A stretch of DNA of 32,000 nt from Candidatus Kuenenia stuttgartensis (GCF_900232105.1 NZ_LT934425.1:1080001-1112000); one strand, 5' to 3'. Positions 7,455 through 17,047 are shown, counted from the first letter of the stretch. Program-made: numbers and translations. The notes: generated by a model not told the origin, from the letters alone.

Positions 7455-7815
7455 TTTCGTATTTCCTGCTTGTTTGGTTCTGGCTATGCCAGCTTAGGAT
7501 TTTAGATAAATTATGTTATCTTGTCAAAAAAATACTTGTGTGCAAAACAAATAGTAAATGATTAATTTTTCAACACCCTGTCCGCTTTTGCCCCAAATAA
7601 AATGATTGCATTTTGATTGTTTTTTTATGGCCACTTACAGCCCACCTATATCTTTCTTATTACTAAGTACTTACATTTGAATATGTTAAAAATATTAAAA
7701 GTTTTCATTGGCATATATATTGCGTATTTATGAGTGAACATTGATAAAACAATGGTTAAGGTGTTTTCGATTGGGCATCTGGCAACAGTATCTTTAAGCA
7801 ATCAATATTCTAAGC

Positions 7816-7927
7816 AGTCATCATGTTGCATTTGCAATACCCGGAAACGATGAAAATGGTTTTATAGCCATATCATATTGCGGTACCTGTGTTTGAGCTA
7901 TTTTTTGTAGTCTTATTTTCGAGCCAG
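7816..7927 (-). repeat. 112-bp intergenic repeat, copy C (inverted relative to A and B)
   Basis: Its reverse complement aligns end to end with copy A with about 15 mismatches. It lies 73 nt upstream of the plus-strand glycosyltransferase operon start at 8001. Confidence 0.85.
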
Positions 7928-8000
7928 ATAACATGTATCTATTAGAATACGTTTAATAAATTTGAATTCTATTGTATAAATATTAAGGGAATACATATCT

Positions 8001-9500
8001 ATGCCCTCCTCGATAGCTAAGGATTTTTTTACAGAAGCTGAGAATTTAAAGAAAAAGGGATATTCTCTAAAAGCGGTGAAAGCTTATAAAAAAGCAATAG
8101 AAGCCGACCCTTTTTTTCTTAGCGCTCATTACAACCTCGCACTCCTCTATTATCAACTTAAACAAGTAGATAATGCCATTTTGCATTTAAAGAAGGTAAC
8201 CGAATTAAATCCCACCGATGCCTCTGCATTTAACAATTTGGGTGTTATGTATTTTTCAAAAAATATGTTTAAAGAGTCTGAAAATTGTTTTGAAAAAGCT
8301 TTAGGAATTGAAGTGTATTACAAAGAGGCTAAAAAAGGTCTTGAGAAAGTGCGTCTTAAGCTAAAAGGGAAAATAAATAAAAACAGACGATTAAACGTTG
8401 GTTTTGTAAGCATTTGGTTCGAACGTGGACAATCGTATGTAACTAAAACATTGCGGGATGTTGTTGCACAAGAACACGAAACTTTTGTGTTTGCCAGGAC
8501 AGGCGGGGTTTATGATCGCCCTATGTTGCAAACAGACGGTATATGGGATGTTCCTAATTTAACAACATTTGGGAAATATGAGATATCTCATGAAGTACTT
8601 GGGAAGTGGATTGATAATAATAAACTGGATATGGTGGTTTTCAATGAAGAATATGATTGGTCTTTAGTTAAATACGTTAAAGAAAAATCCATAAAGGTTG
8701 TCACCTACCTTGATTATTATAAAGACGACTGGAAACCATACATGTATTTGTACGATGCTGTGCTTTGTTCCACAAAAAGAACATACAATCTTGTTAAAAA
8801 TTTTTGTAATGCCTATTATGTCGGATGGGGAATAGATACGGAACTTTTTAAACCGACAAATAATAGTACAGAAAAATATACCTTTTTTCATAATGCCGGA
8901 TGGTTAGGTATCAATTATCGCAAAATGACGCCTGCCGTTATCCTTGCCTTTGAAGCGGTATCCCGGTATTTGCCAGATGCAACCCTCTTTATCCATGCAC
9001 AGACCGCACTGGAAAAACTTCCGCCAGAAGTTTTGAATATCGTGAATAATACTCCGCGCATAACCTATCATGTCGCCACCGTTCCAGCACCGGGTCTTTA
9101 TCATAAAGGCCATATCCTTGTTTTTCCTTCCAAACTGGAAGGGCTGGGACTGCCTTTACTGGAAGGAATGGCATGTGGGCTTCCAGCCGTTGCCACTGAC
9201 GCGCCGCCAATGAATGAGTTTGTACAGAATAACTATAATGGCTTGCTGGTCAAAGTCGCTAAAAGGTTCCTCAGAGGGGATGGCATCTCCTTTCCAGAGG
9301 AAATTGTAGATATAAATGATCTGGCTTTTAAAATGCATTTTCTGGCTAAAAATCCGGAGTTGATTAACAAAATGCAGCAAAATGCAAGGAATTGTATTGA
9401 TAACTATGACACCTTGAGTAAAAAGGTAAACGAAGTAATTAACGATATTCTTCGCGACAAGAATAGGATTAGCTATAGGAAAACGAGCGTAAAATGCTAA
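8001..9500 (+). CDS. N-terminal TPR array fused to a family 1-fold (GT4-type) glycosyltransferase
   Basis: TPR-like repeats occupy residues about 1-120 (AYKKAIEADPFF..., HLKKVTELNPTDASAFNNLGVMY...). The C-terminal EGLGLPLLEGMACGLPAVATDAPPMNEFV...NGLLV is the GT4 E-x7-E region. Confidence 0.8.
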   Translation: MPSSIAKDFFTEAENLKKKGYSLKAVKAYKKAIEADPFFLSAHYNLALLYYQLKQVDNAILHLKKVTELNPTDASAFNNLGVMYFSKNMFKESENCFEKALGIEVYYKEAKKGLEKVRLKLKGKINKNRRLNVGFVSIWFERGQSYVTKTLRDVVAQEHETFVFARTGGVYDRPMLQTDGIWDVPNLTTFGKYEISHEVLGKWIDNNKLDMVVFNEEYDWSLVKYVKEKSIKVVTYLDYYKDDWKPYMYLYDAVLCSTKRTYNLVKNFCNAYYVGWGIDTELFKPTNNSTEKYTFFHNAGWLGINYRKMTPAVILAFEAVSRYLPDATLFIHAQTALEKLPPEVLNIVNNTPRITYHVATVPAPGLYHKGHILVFPSKLEGLGLPLLEGMACGLPAVATDAPPMNEFVQNNYNGLLVKVAKRFLRGDGISFPEEIVDINDLAFKMHFLAKNPELINKMQQNARNCIDNYDTLSKKVNEVINDILRDKNRISYRKTSVKC

Positions 9501-10411
9501 CAATACATCTGGTTGGTGCACAAAAAACAAATTACCCCTGGGGTTTTGAAAACCATCTGATTTCGGCATTAGAAGAGATGGACTGTAATATCCTTAGTAC
9601 GGATTTTCGACAAGAACGACACAATCTCCAAAGACTATTGCAGCAAAAAGCTGACCTTGTTCTCGTTTGTAAAGGTGAATTCATACCGCCGGAATTGATT
9701 CAATCTATTCCTTACCCAACCGCCTTATGGTATTGTGAACAGATTGGTAACGATACCGCAGTAGATTACATCGCACTTGTCAGAAGAAAAGAGCTGGAAT
9801 ATAATGCAACTGCTTTTGATTATGTCTTCTCTCATGATAAAACCAACCTACAAGTTTATAAAAACATCGGTTGTGTAAATGTCCACTGGCTACCTTGCAT
9901 CGCCGTAAATACAAAAATTCACAAAAAACTTGAAGTATCGAAAAAATATGACGTTACCTTTATTGGTAACCAAACCCCCCGACGCAAAAACATTCTTGTT
10001 GCGTTGGAAAAGTATTTCAAGGTCTTCACTCCGAATATATGGGACAGTAAAGAACTAAATGAAGCCTTTAATGAATCCAAGATCATTTTAAACATACACC
10101 TTTCTGATTTACTTAATATAGAAACACGCATAGGTGAAGTACTTGGGTCCGGTTCGTTCCTCCTTACGGAAGAACTTCCCTGCAAAGACCTTTTTATTGA
10201 TGGAGAACACTTAGTACAATGGCATCAAGGGGATGTTGAATATCTTATAAAAAAAATCCACTATTACCTCATCCATGAGGATGAAAGGGAAGGAATTGCA
10301 GGAAAAGGCCACCATTTTGCTATTGAACACCATAGCTTTGAGGAAAGAATGCGCCAACTATTGGCAACCATAGATTTCAGCAAGAATAAATGCGGCGCAG
10401 AGAGACTTTGA
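9494..10411 (+). CDS. CgeB-like glycosyltransferase (DUF3880 + Glyco_trans_1_2-type)
   Basis: KYDVTFIGNQTPRRKNIL...KIILNIHL...ETRIGEVLGSGSFLLTEE...HLVQW...EEYLIKKIHYYLIHEDEREGIAGKGHHFAIEHHSFEERM follows the CgeB-family C-terminal pattern. The start overlaps the upstream stop by 7 nt. Confidence 0.7.
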   Translation: MLTIHLVGAQKTNYPWGFENHLISALEEMDCNILSTDFRQERHNLQRLLQQKADLVLVCKGEFIPPELIQSIPYPTALWYCEQIGNDTAVDYIALVRRKELEYNATAFDYVFSHDKTNLQVYKNIGCVNVHWLPCIAVNTKIHKKLEVSKKYDVTFIGNQTPRRKNILVALEKYFKVFTPNIWDSKELNEAFNESKIILNIHLSDLLNIETRIGEVLGSGSFLLTEELPCKDLFIDGEHLVQWHQGDVEYLIKKIHYYLIHEDEREGIAGKGHHFAIEHHSFEERMRQLLATIDFSKNKCGAERL

Positions 10412-10448
10412 TCAAAAATGAAAATTTCTATAGAATGAGCATAAACCA

Positions 10449-11531
10449 ATGGCCTTTCACATTCCATTAGAAGAACAGATCGACAAGATCAGAACACATC
10501 TTGCAAATATAGGCAAAGTATCTACCCGCAAGGTTAGGCCTCGAATCTTCGTAGTGGTACATCATGTCAATTGGGAAAAACACGGATTGGTAGATGGATG
10601 GGCAGAGATTGCTGACGTTATTCACTATGATTGGGGAAATTCCTTCAATCAATATGCTGCCGACTGGCATCAAAGAGGCAAACCAGATTTTAACAAGGTA
10701 TTACTACGGCAAGTTGAATTAGCTCATCGTGAGAAGACGATAGATCTCTTGTTTTCTTACCTCTCGGGAAGATGGGTCTATCCATATACTATTCGGGCTA
10801 TCGGTAAAATGAACATAATAACAGTAAACATTAGCCTTGATGACAAGGTAAAATTCTGGGGTTATCAAGAGCCAGGTGGTCTTTCTGGAAATGCTGAAAT
10901 TGCGCCTGAGTTCGACCTCTGCATTACCACACAATCAGAGGAAGATGTTCAAAAGTATATTAGCGTTGGCGCCCGAGCCTTGTTTCTTCCACCAGGAGGA
11001 AATACCCACTCATTTTCTCCAATACCAGCGCCCAGAGATATTCCTGTTTCCTTTGTAGGCCAATGTTACGGCACAAGACCTCATATCATTGGGTGGTTAA
11101 TAAGTTGTGGGATTCCAGTTCAAACATTTGGCAAAGGCTGGCCTTCAGGAGAACTATCACACCGTGAGATGAACGTAATCTATTCCCGTTCAGTTGTAAA
11201 TTTAGGCTTCGGCTTTATTGGGGATTCTCCACATCTGACAGGATTAAAAGGTAGGGATTTTGAGGTTCCCCTCATGGGAAACCTCTATTTGACAACTTAT
11301 AATCAAGTCCTGGAAAACTGTTTTATCCTTGGAGAAGAAATTGATTGCTATCAGAATGAAACGGACTTACTTTCAAAATTACAATATTATATAACACACC
11401 CGGATATTGCCTTAAATATAGGAGCAGCAGGAAGAAACCGGTGTTTGCTTGATCACACATGGACTAATAGATTTAAGATAATTCTAACCGTTACCGGTCT
11501 TTCTGATTCCTGTATAAATTCTCATACATAA
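10449..11531 (+). CDS. CgeB-like glycosyltransferase, second divergent copy
   Basis: IPVSFVGQCYGTRPHII...VNLGFGF...LKGRDFEVPLMGNLYLT...DCYQNETDLLSKLQYYITHPDIALNIGAAGRNRCLLDHTWTNRF shows the same C-terminal architecture as the preceding gene. Confidence 0.65.
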   Translation: MAFHIPLEEQIDKIRTHLANIGKVSTRKVRPRIFVVVHHVNWEKHGLVDGWAEIADVIHYDWGNSFNQYAADWHQRGKPDFNKVLLRQVELAHREKTIDLLFSYLSGRWVYPYTIRAIGKMNIITVNISLDDKVKFWGYQEPGGLSGNAEIAPEFDLCITTQSEEDVQKYISVGARALFLPPGGNTHSFSPIPAPRDIPVSFVGQCYGTRPHIIGWLISCGIPVQTFGKGWPSGELSHREMNVIYSRSVVNLGFGFIGDSPHLTGLKGRDFEVPLMGNLYLTTYNQVLENCFILGEEIDCYQNETDLLSKLQYYITHPDIALNIGAAGRNRCLLDHTWTNRFKIILTVTGLSDSCINSHT

Positions 11532-11540
11532 TAAGTCCAT

Positions 11541-12677
11541 ATGTTTAAAATCATGAGTGTTTTAGGTACTCGTCCAGAAGCCATAAAACTTGCACCAATA
11601 ATTAAAGAATTACAAAAACATTCAGACACTCTGAAAAGTGTTGTTACCGTTACCGCTCAACATCGTCAAATGCTCGATAGCGTCCTGAGTGTCTTCGCGA
11701 TAAAACCAGATTACGATATGAATATTATGGATAAAAATCAAGGGCTAACCGATATAACATGCAAAGTATTAAAAAACATAGAAGTGATCTATGAAGAAGA
11801 ACAGCCTGACTTGGTTTTAGTACAGGGGGATACAACTACTGTTTTTGCCGCCTCATTGGCCGCTTATTATAGGAGAATCCCTGTGGGACACATAGAGGCG
11901 GGATTACGATCAAGTAATAAATACCAACCCTTTCCGGAAGAAATAAATCGAAGACTTACCAGTGTCATAGCGCATTTACACTTTGCGCCAACTGATGAAG
12001 CAAAAACAAATTTACTAAATGAGGGTATATGTGAAGACCTTATCTGTGTAACAGGTAATACAGTGATAGACGCCTTACTTGAAGTTGCAGCACAGGATTT
12101 CACATTTGATAACGATTTACTGAACAACATAAAAGGCAGAATGATCTTAATTACAGCGCATCGGCGAGAAAGTTTTGGAAAACCGTTCATTGATATCTGT
12201 AATGCAATCCTGACGTTAGCGAAACAATATCCGGATGTTACTTTTGTATATCCGGTACATCTCAATCCAAACGTTAGGAATATTGTATATCCCATGCTAG
12301 GCAACTTATCGAACATCATGCTTATCGAGCCGCTAGAATACATGCCTTTTGTTCACTTAATGAAACGAGCCTGTATTATCTTAACTGATTCCGGGGGCAT
12401 TCAGGAAGAGTCCCCTTCCTTAAATAAACCTATCCTGATACTTCGCGAAGTCACAGAACGCCCTGAGGCTATAAAAGCGGGAAGCGCAAAACTCGTGGGC
12501 ACACATTCCCAAACTATTATTCGTGAAACAACTCGTTTATTGGAGGACACACAGGAGTACGAGCGGATGATCAATATTGTAAATCCCTTTGGCGATGGAA
12601 TGGCATCTCAACGAACAGTAAATTTTATTAAAAACAAATTTATGGAAAACAATAATAATACTGCAGGGAAATATTAG
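11541..12677 (+). CDS. wecB: UDP-N-acetylglucosamine 2-epimerase (non-hydrolysing)
   Basis: VLGTRPEAIKLAPI, VLVQGDTTT, GHIEAGLRS, ITAHRRESFG and TDSGGIQEE are canonical WecB/MnaA motifs. Confidence 0.9.
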   Translation: MFKIMSVLGTRPEAIKLAPIIKELQKHSDTLKSVVTVTAQHRQMLDSVLSVFAIKPDYDMNIMDKNQGLTDITCKVLKNIEVIYEEEQPDLVLVQGDTTTVFAASLAAYYRRIPVGHIEAGLRSSNKYQPFPEEINRRLTSVIAHLHFAPTDEAKTNLLNEGICEDLICVTGNTVIDALLEVAAQDFTFDNDLLNNIKGRMILITAHRRESFGKPFIDICNAILTLAKQYPDVTFVYPVHLNPNVRNIVYPMLGNLSNIMLIEPLEYMPFVHLMKRACIILTDSGGIQEESPSLNKPILILREVTERPEAIKAGSAKLVGTHSQTIIRETTRLLEDTQEYERMINIVNPFGDGMASQRTVNFIKNKFMENNNNTAGKY

Positions 12678-12779
12678 TTCTAATATTCAGTATAGATGAT
12701 ATATTGGATGAACCGCGCTAAAATGAAAAATATAAATAAGCATTTAATCTCCACCTGTAAAATATAAAAAAATCACCTC

Positions 12780-14156
12780 ATGAAAAACTTGCACAGTCCA
12801 ACAATCTCCGCCTGCCTTATCGTAAAAAACGAGGAAAGATTCCTGCCTAATTGCCTCAACAGCGTTAAGAACGCTGTTGATGAAATAGTAGTTGTTGATA
12901 CAGGTTCAACTGATAATACCGTAAATATCGCAAAAGAATTTAGCGCTAAGGTGTATTTTTATTCATGGAATAATAACTATAGTGAGGCAAGAAACTATGC
13001 AATACGCCATGCTACCAAAGAGTGGATTCTTATGATCGATGCGGATGAAGAGCTTGAGCAGAATGATATTCCTGTATTGAAACAATCGATAAGTAACGAT
13101 AATTATAATGGTGTTATTATTGCTATATACAGTAAAGTGAAAAGTGGGATGCACAAGTTTTATAACACACGGGTTTTTCGCCGGGAGAAGGCATTTTATA
13201 AAGGTATTATCCATGAACAAGTGGTGATTGAAGGGAAAAGGCTTCCATCGGAGATACATCTTTATCATTACGGGTATGATCTTGACGAAGATACGATGCG
13301 GAAGAAATGGCACAGAACAACTCAATTATTGGAAAAACAAATAGCGTTAAACGATAATGATAGTTTTGCATGGTTGAATCTTATCCGTAATTATTGCACA
13401 CAGCAATTGTTTCGGGATGGTATTAAGACCGGAAAAGAAGCGCTAAAGAGAATTACACCCGAGGCGAATTTGCATCATTTTATAATGATTCTGTATGAAA
13501 TGGCAGATTGTTATCTCAATACCGGAAATACCGCAGAAGCAAAAAAGATGTGCCACACCGCTTTAGCTAAATTAAGGGAAATGAATGTTGCGCCGGAAAA
13601 TATTGATATTGTTTATACACTGGCTTGTGTGTATTTAAAAGAAGGAGATTGTAATAAAGCTATTGAATATTTTAAACATTTTTTGACATTGCGTGAGTGG
13701 TATTTGAAAAATATCAGCGATTGCCTTATGACTGATACCCTGGGATATGATTATTCCGCATATAACGGGTTGGGTTTTTGTTATGGCAGTATGGGACAGT
13801 GGGAAAAAGCGGTTGGTTTTCTGCAAAAATCGATAGTCTCAAATCCTAAATATATTACCACCTATAAAAATTTAGCTTCATGCTATTCTGCAATGGGAAA
13901 CAATACGGACGCTATTAATACTTTATTGCGGTCAATTTCCGAAAATATCGCAGATCAGGAGATTTTTATCCGCTTGGGAGATTTATTTCTGAAACAACAG
14001 GAGTACAAACAGGCGATATCATACTATGAAAAGTATTTAAACTTGTGTCCTGAAGATAAAAATGCCTTGTTAAAAATATCTGCATGTTATGAAGAATCAG
14101 GCTATAAAGACACCGCTCAAATCGGATATAGCGCATTACAGAAGTGGAATAAATAA
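12780..14156 (+). CDS. Family 2 glycosyltransferase with C-terminal TPR array (paralogue 1)
   Basis: ISACLIVKNEERFLPNCLNSV...DEIVVVDTGSTDNTVNIA...IDADEEL forms the GT2 core with a DxD motif. The C-terminal half is TPR-like (GNTAEAKKMC..., GQWEKAVGFLQKSIVSNPKY..., QEYKQAISYYEKYLNLCPED). Confidence 0.8.
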   Translation: MKNLHSPTISACLIVKNEERFLPNCLNSVKNAVDEIVVVDTGSTDNTVNIAKEFSAKVYFYSWNNNYSEARNYAIRHATKEWILMIDADEELEQNDIPVLKQSISNDNYNGVIIAIYSKVKSGMHKFYNTRVFRREKAFYKGIIHEQVVIEGKRLPSEIHLYHYGYDLDEDTMRKKWHRTTQLLEKQIALNDNDSFAWLNLIRNYCTQQLFRDGIKTGKEALKRITPEANLHHFIMILYEMADCYLNTGNTAEAKKMCHTALAKLREMNVAPENIDIVYTLACVYLKEGDCNKAIEYFKHFLTLREWYLKNISDCLMTDTLGYDYSAYNGLGFCYGSMGQWEKAVGFLQKSIVSNPKYITTYKNLASCYSAMGNNTDAINTLLRSISENIADQEIFIRLGDLFLKQQEYKQAISYYEKYLNLCPEDKNALLKISACYEESGYKDTAQIGYSALQKWNK

Positions 14157-14187
14157 TGCTTTTCTCTTTAGAAATAGGAAATGTTTT

Positions 14188-15927
14188 ATGACCAAAGACC
14201 CTGAAAACAATAACCACAGGTCCACCATATCGGCATGTATGATTGTGAAGAATGAAGAAGGTTTTTTGCCCCAATGCCTTGAGAGTATAAAGGGGGCGGT
14301 TGACGAAATAATTATTGTCGATACCGGTTCTTCTGATAAAACAGTGGACATCGCAAAATCGTTTGGCGCAAAAGTATATCATCATCCATGGCGCAACAGT
14401 TTTAGCGAGGCGAGAAACTATTCTTTGGGTTATGCTACATGCGATTGGGTTTTGCAAATAGACGCGGATGAAAAACTGGAGCGGGAAGATATTCCCTTAT
14501 TGCATAAGATTATTTGCAACTCCGCCTGCAATGCCTTTTATGTAGCTATCTACAGCGAGCTTCCCGGTGGATTGTCAAAACATTATTTCACAAGAATATT
14601 CCGCAAAGGGAAGGCTCATTACGAAGGAATAGTACACAATCAACTTGTGCATGAGGGTCATTCCCGTCCATCTGAAGTGCGGATGTACCACTATGGATAC
14701 AATCTGTCCGCAACGAAAATGGAAAAAAAATATAAACGGACAGGGGATCTTTTACGGAAACAACTGGAAGAGAATCCTGAAAATATTTTTGCGATAGCTA
14801 ATCTTGTAAGAAATTATAGAAATGAGCGCAATTATGATGAAGTGATAAAACTAGCAGAGAAAGGACTGGGAATATCTGAACCGGCTCTCGACCTCTCAAC
14901 AAAAAATCAAAGGCAAAGGATCAGCATTGACCTTGCTTTCGCGCTGATGCGCAAGGATAGGCTGGACAGAGCGGAAGATGTGTGCAAAAAGGCATTGAGG
15001 GAAGATCCTGATTTTCTCGATAATTTGTTTATGTTAGGTGACATATTAAGCAGAAAAAAAGCTTTTCACGAGGCATTGGGTATTTACCGGAAATTTCTTG
15101 TCGTTAAAGAAAAAGACCGCAGATCTCCTGATTTTAATTTACTTATTGTAGATACCTATGAGTACGAACATAAGGTGTATAACAACATGGGAGATTGCTA
15201 CAGAAATCTGGGTTTACGGAACGAAGCGGAAAGAGCATATAAAAGAGCAATAGAGATTTTTGATAAAGAAACACTGTGTTATTCAAGCCTCGCCCGTTTT
15301 TATTTATCACAAAACCGTTTAGATGAAGCTGCAAACGTACTTGATTCCGCAATACAATCAGGAATCGCAGATCATTTGACATTCTTATTGCTGGGTGAAA
15401 TAAAAACAGTTCAAAACAAGACAATTGACGCCATAAATTCTTTTAAAATGGCAATTCAAAAGGATGAAAAAAATATAACGGCATATGCTTGCCTTATAAA
15501 TGTATTAATTCAGTCAAATCAATTGGAGGAGGCGGAAGGATTGTTAAAAAAAATATCCTCCTTTTATCCACATCATATAATAGTTAAATGTATTAATGAA
15601 AAAATTAATTCCCGGCGTGGTGATAAGGATAGCGCCATTCAGTTTGTGCGTCGTATAATAGCGTCTAATCCTTCGGATAATAACGTATATTTAGAACTCG
15701 GGAATCTCTGTTTAGAGATAAATGAGTATGCGCTGGCTATTGAGGTATATGAGAAGTTTTTAAGAGGCTCTTCCGCACAGGATGCAAAAATATTAACGAA
15801 TATTGCTATGTGCTACGCTGGTTTGGGACAAGTAAGACCGGCAATTGTCGGCCTGAAAGCGGCACTCGAAATAGACCCTTCTTATCAATCTGCAAGAAAG
15901 AATCTCTCTATTTTGGAGAAAAAGTGA
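14188..15927 (+). CDS. Family 2 glycosyltransferase with longer C-terminal TPR array (paralogue 2)
   Basis: ISACMIVKNEEGFLPQCLESI...DEIIIVDTGSSDKTVDIA...IDADEKL. By hand count it is roughly 60% identical to paralogue 1 over about 160 N-terminal residues. I chose ATG 14188 (AGGA 8 nt upstream) instead of the track start at 14089, which overlaps the previous gene. Confidence 0.8.
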   Translation: MTKDPENNNHRSTISACMIVKNEEGFLPQCLESIKGAVDEIIIVDTGSSDKTVDIAKSFGAKVYHHPWRNSFSEARNYSLGYATCDWVLQIDADEKLEREDIPLLHKIICNSACNAFYVAIYSELPGGLSKHYFTRIFRKGKAHYEGIVHNQLVHEGHSRPSEVRMYHYGYNLSATKMEKKYKRTGDLLRKQLEENPENIFAIANLVRNYRNERNYDEVIKLAEKGLGISEPALDLSTKNQRQRISIDLAFALMRKDRLDRAEDVCKKALREDPDFLDNLFMLGDILSRKKAFHEALGIYRKFLVVKEKDRRSPDFNLLIVDTYEYEHKVYNNMGDCYRNLGLRNEAERAYKRAIEIFDKETLCYSSLARFYLSQNRLDEAANVLDSAIQSGIADHLTFLLLGEIKTVQNKTIDAINSFKMAIQKDEKNITAYACLINVLIQSNQLEEAEGLLKKISSFYPHHIIVKCINEKINSRRGDKDSAIQFVRRIIASNPSDNNVYLELGNLCLEINEYALAIEVYEKFLRGSSAQDAKILTNIAMCYAGLGQVRPAIVGLKAALEIDPSYQSARKNLSILEKK

Positions 15928-15987
15928 AGGGGAATATAAGATATATTAAAATCAGATTTTTCCAGTAATAATTCTTCCATAAAATGG

Positions 15988-16956
15988 TTAATAATTAACC
16001 ATCTTACCAACCATCCTTATAACCACAAGCACCGTCCCCAGGGAAAAGAGTACCACCGTAACGAGGGACAACGGGATACTTGGATTATTTTTGATAGTGA
16101 CGAAAACCCCTGGCACTGTTTTAATATCAAGAAATGCAATCTTTGTTCCCAAAATTTCCTTTGCGTTATGTTCACCAACGGTAAGGTATATGCTTTGGGT
16201 TTCCCTGTTTTGGGTGGTGGAAAGTAGTTTTACCACGGGATAGCGATATTGGGGTGGCATGTATAAATCTACCATTCTGGTATTTTGGCCGTTTAAGGTG
16301 AAAACTTCATTTGCCTTAAGATTGTGCATCCTGTCTCCGACTTTAAGTACCACGGAAGAAACCGTATTCCCATAATCACGCAATAAGACTGCTAACGCTC
16401 CATTATTCAAAACTACGGGATTGTTATAACCGATTGTATCTTCATATTCGGCACCGTCTTTTCTTACTGAGACATAACCCGTTATTTTTTTAGGCATGCC
16501 ATTTGGATAAGAACTTGTATCAAGACCTGTCACCTTCATTTCAAAGCCGCCCATGTCGGTCCATTCTTCTGAGACAGAAATTGGAGGCGATAAAGAACAA
16601 TACAACCCCCCAATAAGATGTACGACCAAGGTTACTATAAAACCAACATGCATAATTGATGCCCCATATAAAGGCACTTTTTTAATCCCTCCTCTCACTT
16701 TTCGAAGGACAGAATCCGTGGTGCAGAAGAAGGCGTTTATGCCGTAAATAATGCATGCAAAAAAAAGTAGATAAAACCAGATGTGAATGGGTTTCTTATG
16801 ACTGAAGAAAAAGATAATATCTTCTCCGGAAAGGCCGGAATAATGATAAGGATAAAAATTCATTATAAGACTTCCGATGATAAGGAGTCCTGTAACTGAA
16901 AATCCAATAATTATCCCTAATTTTTGGGACTTAATAAAATCATACACCTTTTTCAT
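15988..16956 (-). CDS. ccsB: System II cytochrome c biogenesis protein, ResB/CcsB-like (short form)
   Basis: The N-terminus MKKVYDFIKSQKLGIIIGFSVTGLLIIGSLI is typical of ResB. It has TM helices with His residues, a large soluble loop and a C-terminal TM, and sits directly downstream of ccsA. Confidence 0.65.
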   Translation of the reverse strand: MKKVYDFIKSQKLGIIIGFSVTGLLIIGSLIMNFYPYHYSGLSGEDIIFFFSHKKPIHIWFYLLFFACIIYGINAFFCTTDSVLRKVRGGIKKVPLYGASIMHVGFIVTLVVHLIGGLYCSLSPPISVSEEWTDMGGFEMKVTGLDTSSYPNGMPKKITGYVSVRKDGAEYEDTIGYNNPVVLNNGALAVLLRDYGNTVSSVVLKVGDRMHNLKANEVFTLNGQNTRMVDLYMPPQYRYPVVKLLSTTQNRETQSIYLTVGEHNAKEILGTKIAFLDIKTVPGVFVTIKNNPSIPLSLVTVVLFSLGTVLVVIRMVGKMVNY

Positions 16957-17047
16957 TTTTTCAATAGAACCTTATCTAGAAATATCCGGATTTATTATGT
17001 GGCTTGTTTACAAATTTTCGTAAAAACAAAAGAGGTTTTGCTGCATC

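Noticed and set aside
14089-14187. Upstream extension of the second GT2-TPR ORF
   Set aside because: It overlaps the end of the preceding gene by 68 nt and adds non-homologous residues. ATG 14188 has an AGGA 8 nt upstream and aligns with the N-terminus of paralogue 1.
14723-14730. A8 homopolymer inside GT2-TPR paralogue 2 (and a similar A8 in the TPR gene near 31540) as phase-variation tracts
   Set aside because: Such runs are expected by chance in an AT-rich genome (Lys codons) and are short for slipped-strand switching. The frame is intact here.
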